Shown here: positions 1-8,487 of the stretch, in pieces
Layout: each line of letters opens with the position of its first letter
Position numbering within the stretch: the first letter of the stretch is position 1
NCBI GenBank assembly: GCA_944386285.1
Contig: CALXAM010000084.1
Location: 5,572 to 69,571 of the forward strand
Direction: 5' to 3'
DNA length: 64,000 nucleotides
Origin: an uncultured Clostridia bacterium
Lineage (GTDB): Bacteria; Bacillota; Clostridia; Oscillospirales; Ruminococcaceae
Notes under the pieces: generated by a model
Told to the model about the DNA's origin: nothing
The model's database searches: none
The model's input: the letters and a program-made list of their open reading frames with translations, nothing else
Program-made: the position numbers and the translations under genes

Positions 1-347
1 CGGCAGTTTACATAATCACACCGCACGGTTGCAGTGATATGAGGAGAAGCGGATTCTTTGTTTAATTCAAGCGTCTTATGAAACGGCTGTTTTTGCGTGA
101 CCGTGCAAATACGGTACGTTTCTTCCGAGGTATACATGACATTGATGTGGCAGATTCCCTCAATCATAAGCCGTCCGTTTGCCATACGTTTTTGTGTGAT
201 ATGGGGAACAAGGCGGCAGCACAGGACTTTGAAAATTCCTTTGCAATAGTCGGGAAGCAGATAGTCGAGTTCAATCGACTGCTCAAGTACACCGTCGTAC
301 AGGACTTCATTGATGCAGATCGTATCATTTGTGCAGGTTAGTTCCAT
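1..347 (-). CDS. DUF3794 domain-containing protein, N-terminal part (gene continues past the left window edge)
   Basis: It is not in the ORF track because it is edge-truncated. The reverse complement from ATG at 347 reads MELTCTNDTICINEVLYDGVLEQSIELDYLLPDYCKGIFKVLCCRLVPHI... and stays open to position 1. An AAGGAG SD lies at 357-362 (minus sense), 9 nt upstream. The LPDYCxxI motif is typical of DUF3794 repeats in Firmicutes. Confidence 0.6.
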   Translation of the reverse strand, partial: MELTCTNDTICINEVLYDGVLEQSIELDYLLPDYCKGIFKVLCCRLVPHITQKRMANGRLMIEGICHINVMYTSEETYRICTVTQKQPFHKTLELNKESASPHITATVRCDYVNC

Positions 348-465
348 GTAGAAAAGCTCCTTTGCGATCAAGATTGTCTGCCATATTGTTATGCGCAAAA
401 GAGGCTTGTTATGCTTTTTGTTTTGAGAAGAGAAAGCCGAATGCGTTTCTTATGATCCTTTCTTT

Positions 466-500
466 TATAAAAAATCCGCAGGCACCTATATGCCTGCGGA
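466..500 (-). terminator. Rho-independent terminator of the ABC operon
   Basis: A perfect 10-bp stem (tccgcaggca 475-484 with tgcctgcgga 491-500) has a 6-nt loop. On the minus strand it is followed by a TTTTTTAT run, about 70 nt after the ATPase stop. Confidence 0.8.
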
Positions 501-570
501 TCAAGGAAAACAAACTTCCGTTTTTTTCATTGCTGTATCAGTGAATGACGGTCAAGAAAAGTGGTGATTC

Positions 571-1452
571 TTATGTCTGCACTTCGTCAGAAAAGTAGAA
601 TAAATAGACATCCTCAAGCATCGGCTTTTTTAAAACCGCGCCTTCTGTCGGATGGTTCGGATCATTTAAAAAGCGTACGGTGACGCCGCTTTCATCAGCA
701 AATAGGTTAGTGACACGATGTGTTTTCATAAAATCTGAGACCATGTCTTTTGGCAGGTAGATTTCGCAGACAAGCGATTCCATTCTGCGAAGAATTTGTG
801 CGGGCTCTTCCTTTAGCAAAAGAGTTCCGGCTTTCAGTAAAATGATTTCTTTTGCAATAAACTCAATGTCAGATACTACATGTGTTGCGAACAAAACGAT
901 TTTATCCTGCGCAATTTTGCTGATAAAATTGCGGATACGAATACGTTCTTTGGGGTCAAGCCCAGCTGTCGGCTCGTCGAGGATCAAAATGTCCGGATCA
1001 TTTAAAAGTGCCTGTGCAATTAAAATGCGCTGTTTCATTCCGCCTGAATATGCACCGAGCTTTTTAGAGGAAGCGTCCGTCAGATCGACCATAGCAAGCA
1101 ATTCGGAAATTTGCTGTGCAGCCTTTTTGTGCGGGATTTTTTTGAGCGCTGCCATGTACCATAAAAATCGTTTTGCGGTAAAGTCGTCATAAAGATTTTG
1201 CTGCTGCGGCATATATCCGATTACACTGCGAAAAGCCGCGCCCATTTTGCGCGTATCTTTTCCATTCCACAAAACACTCCCGCTGTCCGGATGCAAGTTT
1301 CCGGTGATAATATTCATGAGCGTCGATTTTCCCGCGCCGTTTGGACCTAACAGACCATAAACGCCGGGAGTCAATACAACAGAAAAATCATCCAGTGCAC
1401 GTGTTTGTCCGCGCCGATACGTTTTGGTTACCGATTGAATCGAAAGTTCCAT
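571..1452 (-). CDS. ABC transporter ATP-binding protein (ABC-2/DrrA-like)
   Basis: Motifs seen: Walker A GPNGAGKST, signature YSGGMKQR, Walker [13 protein letters not shown] and H-loop ATHV. The start was trimmed from the track value 1575 to ATG 1452 (MELSIQSV...), which has GGAGG 8 nt upstream. It overlaps the permease stop by 25 nt. Confidence 0.9.
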   Translation of the reverse strand: MELSIQSVTKTYRRGQTRALDDFSVVLTPGVYGLLGPNGAGKSTLMNIITGNLHPDSGSVLWNGKDTRKMGAAFRSVIGYMPQQQNLYDDFTAKRFLWYMAALKKIPHKKAAQQISELLAMVDLTDASSKKLGAYSGGMKQRILIAQALLNDPDILILDEPTAGLDPKERIRIRNFISKIAQDKIVLFATHVVSDIEFIAKEIILLKAGTLLLKEEPAQILRRMESLVCEIYLPKDMVSDFMKTHRVTNLFADESGVTVRFLNDPNHPTEGAVLKKPMLEDVYLFYFSDEVQT

Positions 1453-3845
1453 GAAAACAACCTCCTCTTTGCGGCGCAAAACCGATGATATGCAGCGTAT
1501 AAAAATATGATGCTGAGGATAAAAAGCAGAAGCAGTCCTGCAAAGGAGAGCCAGATGCCGCTTTTTGTATTCCATGACGAAAACAGCGTATAGGCATTTG
1601 CTATAGTAAGACAGCGAAATACCGGAATTGAGGCAAACTCAAGCGCAATCGGAAGAATTCCGGCAGTTGTGCCGACGACGATACAAATCGAAGAGCGTTT
1701 GATTACCACCGAAATCCAAATGCAAAATGACATGAGACAAAAGGCGGCAAGAAACATGGCGGCTTGCCGAATCACTAACGCACTGTTTATCTGCAATGAG
1801 ATTTCCGATGACGCGTACTGCGTGATATTCTGCAGCGACACGTTCATATCCGCAAAGGAATATCCGTTTGCCATGGAACAGTAAAACGGAATGCTGAAAA
1901 TCAAGAGAACGAGTGCGGAAAAACCGGCGGCGGTGAACGTTTTTACAGCAAACAAACGTCCTTTTCCGCAATATGTCGTCCTCAGCAAAGGCAGCATATG
2001 ATATTTATATTCGCGTGTAAACAGTAAAACAGTTCCGACTGTGAGAAACAGGGAAGTCCATATGCCGATCATTAAATCGCGTGTTTTATGGGAGAAGATC
2101 CATTGTGCCGAGAGTTCATTGACAATGCCGCCTTTTTGCCCTTGTTCATTCAGTTCTTTTGCACGGGTATACTGCATAAACAAGCGATCATAGGTGTTTT
2201 TTTCTGCGTCAAGCATTTGATAAGGAGCGGACAAGGTCTGATATTCTGCGGCGCTGATGGTGCCTGCTTTTAAAGATGTGAGCAATTCTTCGGCGTTTTC
2301 CTGCGCAAGTGTCAAGGCCTCTTTTCGCGTTTCAAAATACAAATCCGTTTGTTCATCAATGGCGCCTTCTACCTGCTTTAATTCTTTTATGTACAGCCCT
2401 TCGGGAGAAAACTCGCTTACATACATCGATGCCATCGATTGTGATGCAATAAAGATGCAAACGATCAGAGCAGCAGCCATCTTTGCCATGCCATAAAGCT
2501 TGATATGCTCATGGTACCATACCGAGCAAACACCCCATCTGGCGGGAACGATTCGGCGCATTCTTGTTAGCAGCCATTCAAGCGGATGTTTGGCAGATGA
2601 TTTGGCATTTGATGATGCAAACACGATGACAGTCAGTACACTTACGATCAACAAAATTCCAAAAAGCATCCACAGCCATGTATCGGATCTTGTGACAGGG
2701 AACCCGAAAAGATTCAGATTATGATATTGTGCAAGCAGGCGATAGACGTCAAGGAATGCGATTGGATTCACAAATTTGATAAGGTTCCATGTACTGAGCG
2801 GCGGAATCAGCCAATATGCGCTGTAACTGCATCCAATTACGCCGGCAGCTGCGGAAAATCCAATAATCACATTCGGAATAAGAACAATGATCAGCAAAAG
2901 AATTCCGCCGCATAGCAATGACGCTAAAATCTTTCCTCCGAAAAACAACAAGAGAAAATCAGAAATACGCAAAAGGAGATTGCTTTCTTTGAATGCGGGG
3001 ATGGACTGAATCAGCCGTGAAGTGTCGCCATATCCATAAAGAAGATTCCCTAAAAAGAGAATTCCGCCATAAAGGATTGCCGCCATACAGATCGTACAAA
3101 TGAAAAATGCAAATAGTTTTGCTGTGCCAAGTACAGCGCGTCCATCACGGCATGATTGTACGAGCATGAGCGTGCCGTTTTCGCGCTCCTGTACAAACAG
3201 TGCAAATGCAAACAAAAGAATTGCCGCGATCATCGCAAAATCTGCGGCAAAGAAATCGCAAACGTGTAAAATTCCCTTAGAAGTGCCGAGCGATAAATGG
3301 ATTCCTTTCAAGTGCGCATAATCACCAGGTGTTTTTTGAATATTACGATAGGAAAACGTATCTTTTTTCGCAAATGCCGAAACAGAAAGCATCTGTTCGG
3401 CGCGTGTGTCAATTTCTTTAAGCCAATCATTGTATTGCGTCAGATGTTTGATATCACTTTGCAGTTGATCATAGACTTCCTTTTTAAAAAACAGTCTGGA
3501 TGGATCATCGCCGTACATTTGCTGGATTTTTAAAAAGAATGCGGCATCCTCAACCGATAAATTATCGTCGGTTGACTGATTGGCGGAATATGCAGCAAAC
3601 ACTTCAATCATCCGCTCGTATTCGGAAAGCTTCGATGAAATCTCATTTGCGGCTGTATCAAGCGGCAGCTCGCTGTACCGTGACACTTCTTTTTCATACA
3701 GTTGGTTTTGTTCCTGCATCGCTTCATCTGTTTGGTTTGTTTGTAAAAAAGCGATCACGCAGATCAAAAGTAACATTCCCAACAATAAAAACAACCATCG
3801 TTTTGACAGAAGTTTTTCCATCTCATAGCCAAATAGTTTCATCAT
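1428..3845 (-). CDS. Large fused (internally duplicated) ABC-2-type permease, 805 aa
   Basis: The protein has two consecutive modules, each with one TM, a long charged helical loop and about 5 TM. It has an AGGTGG SD and is translationally coupled to the downstream ATPase. No specific family was recognised. Confidence 0.75.
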   Translation of the reverse strand: MMKLFGYEMEKLLSKRWLFLLLGMLLLICVIAFLQTNQTDEAMQEQNQLYEKEVSRYSELPLDTAANEISSKLSEYERMIEVFAAYSANQSTDDNLSVEDAAFFLKIQQMYGDDPSRLFFKKEVYDQLQSDIKHLTQYNDWLKEIDTRAEQMLSVSAFAKKDTFSYRNIQKTPGDYAHLKGIHLSLGTSKGILHVCDFFAADFAMIAAILLFAFALFVQERENGTLMLVQSCRDGRAVLGTAKLFAFFICTICMAAILYGGILFLGNLLYGYGDTSRLIQSIPAFKESNLLLRISDFLLLFFGGKILASLLCGGILLLIIVLIPNVIIGFSAAAGVIGCSYSAYWLIPPLSTWNLIKFVNPIAFLDVYRLLAQYHNLNLFGFPVTRSDTWLWMLFGILLIVSVLTVIVFASSNAKSSAKHPLEWLLTRMRRIVPARWGVCSVWYHEHIKLYGMAKMAAALIVCIFIASQSMASMYVSEFSPEGLYIKELKQVEGAIDEQTDLYFETRKEALTLAQENAEELLTSLKAGTISAAEYQTLSAPYQMLDAEKNTYDRLFMQYTRAKELNEQGQKGGIVNELSAQWIFSHKTRDLMIGIWTSLFLTVGTVLLFTREYKYHMLPLLRTTYCGKGRLFAVKTFTAAGFSALVLLIFSIPFYCSMANGYSFADMNVSLQNITQYASSEISLQINSALVIRQAAMFLAAFCLMSFCIWISVVIKRSSICIVVGTTAGILPIALEFASIPVFRCLTIANAYTLFSSWNTKSGIWLSFAGLLLLFILSIIFLYAAYHRFCAAKRRLFSWNFRFNR

Positions 3846-3874
3846 ACAAAACCACCTGCTTTTCTATCGCTTTT

Positions 3875-5101
3875 TTACGGTGTCACGCGGATCAGTTCAC
3901 GGATTGACGCACCTTTTCCGATTGATTGCTTGTCTACTACGCAAAGGGAACGATAAGGATCGGAGATTGTTATATATTCTTCATTTTCATAGTAACATCC
4001 CGGTTCAAATTCAAGAAAAAGATACCGTTCATCTCCTAAATACATACCATATGGATTTCCGTATTGCTCAAATATGGGGAGTTCTTCCACTTTCTTTTCA
4101 GTATTTCGATCATAAACAATAAAACAAGCGTTTTGCCATGACTCTTTTGTTCCATTGAACGGCGGCGTATAAAGATGATAACAATACTTATTGTCTGCTG
4201 AAAAACTTCCGAACATCAGTGTGTCTTTGTTGATTTGAACATAATCAATCGGCTCTTCATTCTTTCCGGTTTGATCTGTAATCAATACGGAGCCATCATA
4301 CATTTTGGTATAGTCGTCTGTAACAGATACTTTTGTGAGTACAAGTGTTTTTCCGCCAAAGGAACTAATACGATTTTCCTGTAAACAGGAATCATTTGTT
4401 TCACTGGAACGTGTGACATCACAAATCGATACAGGCGTGTCCCACTTTTCGATTTCCACGAATAAATCCTCATGAATTTTTTCGATATCGCTTCTGCTGA
4501 TGTATAAATGATTTCCATATGCAGAAGTAACGGAATAGGTGATGTTTGAATCATTTTCAAAGATTAACTCACTGCTTTCCTGATCGGAGAGAGAATAACG
4601 CCGGATACCGTCGAAATCATTCGCGTAATAATATCCTCGATGAATAAATCCGCCCAGAATGGAACTGCCTACAGATCGAACAAGATCTTTTGTCGTACCA
4701 TCTAAGGAGAGCCGATAGAGTCCATAGGTTTCAAGTTCATTTGTTTCGGCTGTTACATCTTCTCGCGGATCTGTTACATATAATGCATCTTGATAAAACC
4801 AGATTCCTTTTGATTGGGTACGTGCTGTGCAGGCTGAATTGTCATGTGAACAGTTTGGCTTACTGCAAAACGGCACGCATTGAAGTGTTTGTTTGTCAAT
4901 CAAATAAATTGTTCCGGTTGGTGCTAAATAATAATAGCTGTCTTCCGATGCACACATTCGGAATTCCATAGAACTGCCATACATATACTGACAGTCTTGT
5001 TTTTCTGTATATTCATCGGTTATAGGAACTGCTGGATCACATGCGGTCAACAATTCGGCGTAAATACACAGAAGCAATAATATTGAAATTGCTTTTTTCA
5101 T
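3875..5101 (-). CDS. Lipoprotein of unknown function, beta-propeller-like (possibly DUF5050-like)
   Basis: The signal peptide MKKAISILLLLCIYAELLTAC carries an LTAC lipobox. The start was trimmed from GTG 5110 to ATG 5101, which has GGAGG 8 nt upstream. The protein is Tyr/Asp-rich and repetitive, with a CVPFCSKPNCSHDNSAC Cys/His cluster. Confidence 0.7.
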   Translation of the reverse strand: MKKAISILLLLCIYAELLTACDPAVPITDEYTEKQDCQYMYGSSMEFRMCASEDSYYYLAPTGTIYLIDKQTLQCVPFCSKPNCSHDNSACTARTQSKGIWFYQDALYVTDPREDVTAETNELETYGLYRLSLDGTTKDLVRSVGSSILGGFIHRGYYYANDFDGIRRYSLSDQESSELIFENDSNITYSVTSAYGNHLYISRSDIEKIHEDLFVEIEKWDTPVSICDVTRSSETNDSCLQENRISSFGGKTLVLTKVSVTDDYTKMYDGSVLITDQTGKNEEPIDYVQINKDTLMFGSFSADNKYCYHLYTPPFNGTKESWQNACFIVYDRNTEKKVEELPIFEQYGNPYGMYLGDERYLFLEFEPGCYYENEEYITISDPYRSLCVVDKQSIGKGASIRELIRVTP

Positions 5102-5128
5102 GACCTTCACCTCCGGTGATAAACTTTT

Positions 5129-5168
5129 AAAAAAGGCAAAAGGAGGGAGTATCGCTGCTGCCTCCTTT
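5129..5168 (-). terminator. Terminator-like hairpin inside the 5' leader of the lipoprotein/ABC operon (candidate attenuator)
   Basis: On the minus strand, AAAGGAGG (5168-5161) pairs with CCTCCTTT (5146-5139) across a 14-nt loop, followed by TGCCTTTTTT. The hairpin sits between the consensus promoter and the lipoprotein SD. Confidence 0.45.
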
Positions 5169-5323
5169 CACAGTTTTTAATCTATATTGCTGTTTTAATG
5201 ATGAAACGTTTTTCTATACTGCTGCTTTCAACTGTTTTAAAAGAAGAATTCAAAAATGAAACAACAGCTTATATGTTTTAACGATACAGAGATCTTTGAA
5301 AACATAATGATTCCTTTAATGTT

Positions 5324-5352
5324 ATTATAAAGAAATAAAACTGTTTTGTCAA
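5324..5352 (-). promoter_or_regulatory. Consensus sigma-A promoter for the lipoprotein/ABC operon
   Basis: On the minus strand, TTGACA (5352-5347) is followed by a 17-nt spacer and TATAAT (5329-5324). The predicted TSS is near 5317, about 215 nt upstream of the lipoprotein ATG. Confidence 0.7.
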
Positions 5353-5592
5353 TTTATTTTCAATATTTCATTTAATAACAAACACATTTTTGAAAGTGAA
5401 AAATAGAATTTCGTAAAGCCTCTTTATTGAGCAGTTTTGCCTTCCGTTCATGCTATCTGTAAGCTGATCCAAGTTATCACCAAGCATTACAGCAATCGAT
5501 CAAAAGCAATTTGTTTTGTTGTGATGACAACATACATATGATAACAAATGGAGTAAACTAAGCACAGAAATGAGATTGAGGTGAGTCAGTTT

Positions 5593-6114
5593 ATGGAACC
5601 CAATAACACAATAGACCAAATTACGCAGAAGATGATCAAACACGATAGCGGCAGTCCAAAGCGGATTCAGCATTTTTTAAAGGTGCATCGGTTTGCGCAG
5701 CTGATCGGCAGAGCCGAACATCTCGATGAACATACACAATTTTTGTTGGAATGCGCGGCGCTGGTGCATGATATCGGCATCACTCCCTGTAAACAAAAAT
5801 ACGGCCGTTGCACCGGAGAGCTTCAGCAAATAGAAGGTCCCGCATATGCCCGCCGTTTGTTAAGCCCATTTCATTTGACACCCGAAGACATGGAACGGAT
5901 CTGCTATTTGGTAGCGCATCATCATACGTATCACCAAATTGTTGGGATGGACTATCAAATTTTAGTGGAAGCTGATTTTTTAGTGAATCTTTTTGAAGAG
6001 CAGGCCACACCCGAAACAATCGAACAAACGCTCACACGTATTTTCCGGACACAAAAGGGAAAAGAGCTTTGCAGAATGATGTTTGGGGTGCATAATTCAG
6101 CTGAAAATGCATGA
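5593..6114 (+). CDS. HD domain-containing phosphohydrolase
   Basis: The HD motif is seen (AALVHDIG ... VAHHH). The start was trimmed from GTG 5581 to ATG 5593, which has GAGGTGA 8 nt upstream. Confidence 0.8.
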   Translation: MEPNNTIDQITQKMIKHDSGSPKRIQHFLKVHRFAQLIGRAEHLDEHTQFLLECAALVHDIGITPCKQKYGRCTGELQQIEGPAYARRLLSPFHLTPEDMERICYLVAHHHTYHQIVGMDYQILVEADFLVNLFEEQATPETIEQTLTRIFRTQKGKELCRMMFGVHNSAENA

Positions 6115-6142
6115 TAATTTATTATAGACAGGAGAATGCTTT

Positions 6143-6475
6143 ATGAATGAAAAAATGAAGAATATCACGCAGGCACAGGTTTTGGTCTTAAAAGATCAAA
6201 TTTCCTATCAGGAGGGACAAGTCGTCAGCAAAACGCTTGCACAAAACAATGCGTTGAGCATCACCTTGTTTTCTTTTGCCAAAGGCGAGGAAATCAGCAC
6301 ACATGCGTCCGGCGGCGACGCGTTTGTAACTTGCCTTGACGGAGTCGGTAAGATCACGATTGACGAAACCGACTATGTTTTGCATGAAGGAGAATCCATC
6401 GTGATGCCCGCGGGACATCCGCATGCGGTATATGCGCAGGAAGCGTTTAAAATGCTGCTGGTGGTTGTATTTTAA
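6143..6475 (+). CDS. Cupin domain-containing protein
   Basis: This 110-aa protein carries the cupin metal motif (STHASGGDAF ... PAGHPHAV) and has an AGGAG SD. Confidence 0.8.
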   Translation: MNEKMKNITQAQVLVLKDQISYQEGQVVSKTLAQNNALSITLFSFAKGEEISTHASGGDAFVTCLDGVGKITIDETDYVLHEGESIVMPAGHPHAVYAQEAFKMLLVVVF

Positions 6476-6578
6476 TATGTGACGACTGCCTGCTAAAAAG
6501 ATTGCCAAGACAGCGTGAATAATAGCTTGTCAGGCACAGAAAATCCAATGCACAGTCATTTTATAAAAGGAGATTTCT

Positions 6579-8219
6579 ATGGAAACAAAAATGTTTTGCT
6601 ATCAGTGTCAGGAAACGGCAGGATGTAAAGGATGCACGATGGTAGGCGTGTGCGGAAAGCAGCCCGATGTGGCGGCAATGCAAGATCTTCTGGTGTACGT
6701 GACACGCGGTATTTCTGCAGTTGCAACTGCACTGCGTAATGAGGGAAAATCCATTGACACCGCAATCAATCATATGGTGACGTTTAATATGTTTACCACC
6801 ATTACGAATGCAAACTTTGATAAAGAAAGCATTGAAGCGCGTATTCATGCTTCTTTGGAGGCAAAAAAAGCGTTGTTGGGACAGCTGTCGCATGTGGACA
6901 ATCTGCCAGAAGCTGCTTTGTGGGACGGCAGCGATGACTGGGAGGAAAAAGCGAAAGCAGTCGGAATCCTTGCGGTTGAAAACGAAGATATCCGTTCACT
7001 TCGTGAATTGATCACCTATGGAATTAAAGGGCTTTGTGCATATACCAAACACGCAAATGCACTGTTAGAATATGACGAGAATGTGGATGCGTTTATCCAG
7101 TATGCGTTGGCTGCTACATTAGATGATTCCTACAGCGTAGAAGATCTTGTAGCACTGGTACTCAAAACAGGTGAATACGGTGTATCCGGAATGGCGCTGT
7201 TGGATAAAGCCAACACAGGCGCTTACGGGAATCCTGAGATAACAAAAGTGAATATAGGTGTTGGGAAAAATCCGGGTATTTTGGTTTCCGGTCATGACCT
7301 TCGTGACTTGGAAATGCTCCTGGAGCAGACACAGGGCACCGGTGTTGATGTATATACGCATTCTGAAATGCTGCCGGCTCACTATTATCCTGCCTTTAAA
7401 AAATACACGAATTTTGTAGGAAATTACGGAAACGCATGGTGGAAACAAAAAGAAGAGTTTGAGTCGTTTCACGGCCCGATTCTGATGACCACCAACTGCA
7501 TTGTTCCCCCGAAAGACAGCTATAAAGATCGTTTGTATACAACAGGTACTTCTGGATATCCGGGCTGTAAGCACATTCCGGGTGGAATTGGCGAGAAAAA
7601 AGATTTTTCCGGCATCATTGCACACGCCAAACAGTGCGCTGCACCTGCTCAGATTGAAACAGGTGAAATTACCGGCGGATTCGCACATGCGCAGGTGATT
7701 AAACTGGCAGATAAAATTGTAGATGCGGTCAAAAGCGGCGCGATTAAGAAATTTGTTGTCATGGCTGGCTGCGACGGCCGTATGAAGAGCCGCGATTATT
7801 ATACGCAGTTTGCAAAAGCATTGCCGCAGGATACAGTGATTTTGACGGCAGGCTGTGCAAAGTATCGATATAACAAATTGGATTTAGGCGACATTGGCGG
7901 TATTCCTCGCGTATTGGATGCCGGCCAATGTAATGATTCTTATTCGCTGGCTGTTATTGCGCTTAAACTTAAAGAGGTGTTCGGCCTTGAGGACATCAAC
8001 GCGCTGCCGATCGTGTATAACATTGCTTGGTATGAGCAAAAGGCAGTGATTGTGCTGCTGGCGCTGCTTTCGTTGGGCGTAAAAAATATTCATCTCGGTC
8101 CCACACTTCCGGCATTCCTGAGTCCCAATGTTTTGAATGTACTGGTCGAGAACTTTGGTATTTCAGGTATTGGTACTGTAGAAGAGGATCTCGAGCGCTT
8201 CTTTGGTGAAACAAAATAA
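6579..8219 (+). CDS. hcp: Hydroxylamine reductase / hybrid-cluster protein
   Basis: The N-terminal sequence [16 protein letters not shown] is the characteristic Hcp cluster motif. The length is 546 aa, and there is a strong AAGGAG SD. Confidence 0.95.
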   Translation: METKMFCYQCQETAGCKGCTMVGVCGKQPDVAAMQDLLVYVTRGISAVATALRNEGKSIDTAINHMVTFNMFTTITNANFDKESIEARIHASLEAKKALLGQLSHVDNLPEAALWDGSDDWEEKAKAVGILAVENEDIRSLRELITYGIKGLCAYTKHANALLEYDENVDAFIQYALAATLDDSYSVEDLVALVLKTGEYGVSGMALLDKANTGAYGNPEITKVNIGVGKNPGILVSGHDLRDLEMLLEQTQGTGVDVYTHSEMLPAHYYPAFKKYTNFVGNYGNAWWKQKEEFESFHGPILMTTNCIVPPKDSYKDRLYTTGTSGYPGCKHIPGGIGEKKDFSGIIAHAKQCAAPAQIETGEITGGFAHAQVIKLADKIVDAVKSGAIKKFVVMAGCDGRMKSRDYYTQFAKALPQDTVILTAGCAKYRYNKLDLGDIGGIPRVLDAGQCNDSYSLAVIALKLKEVFGLEDINALPIVYNIAWYEQKAVIVLLALLSLGVKNIHLGPTLPAFLSPNVLNVLVENFGISGIGTVEEDLERFFGETK

Positions 8220-8240
8220 ACGTATCGTGGCAAATAAAAA

Positions 8241-8276
8241 AGCGGGATTTCCCCACAGGGAAATCCCGCTTTTTTA
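8241..8276 (+). terminator. Rho-independent terminator after hcp
   Basis: The stem pairs agcgggattt(ccc) with (ggg)aaatcccgct and is followed by TTTTTT. Confidence 0.85.
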
Positions 8277-8487
8277 TACCTAATTGCGTGTTGAGCGGTA
8301 TCATTCTTTATAGAGATTATGAAATTTTATATAAGAAAATCATCATACAGATATGGGGAAAAGAAAAGATTCCGTGGAAAGAATGTATTGTAAAAAAAGC
8401 TTACAAATTTCTACTTGAGCTCTTTACGTTTTGGTGTTTGTGTGCTAAAATAAAGGTAGCATTTAAAGAAAAAAGGAGTGCATTCCA

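Noticed and set aside
329-544. A 71-aa ORF lies between the DUF3794 gene and the ABC-operon terminator. The 87-aa ORF at 78-341 was also considered.
   Set aside because: The 78-341 ORF is antisense to the edge-truncated DUF3794 gene. The 329-544 ORF spans a promoter region and the terminator hairpin, has no SD and has an implausible composition.
5199-5282. A plus-strand 27-codon sORF (MMKRFSILLLSTVLKEEFKNETTAYMF) lies in the divergent intergenic region.
   Set aside because: It has no SD or promoter in the right position, and it lies antisense to the better-supported minus-strand leader. It is most likely a chance ORF in AT-rich DNA.
6476-6578. I looked for a CRP/FNR-type (HcpR) or NsrR operator directly upstream of hcp.
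   Set aside because: I could not find a TTGAT-N4-ATCAA-like or comparable palindrome. The only feature is a 6-bp inverted repeat (tgcctg/caggca) separated by about 45 nt, which is not convincing.
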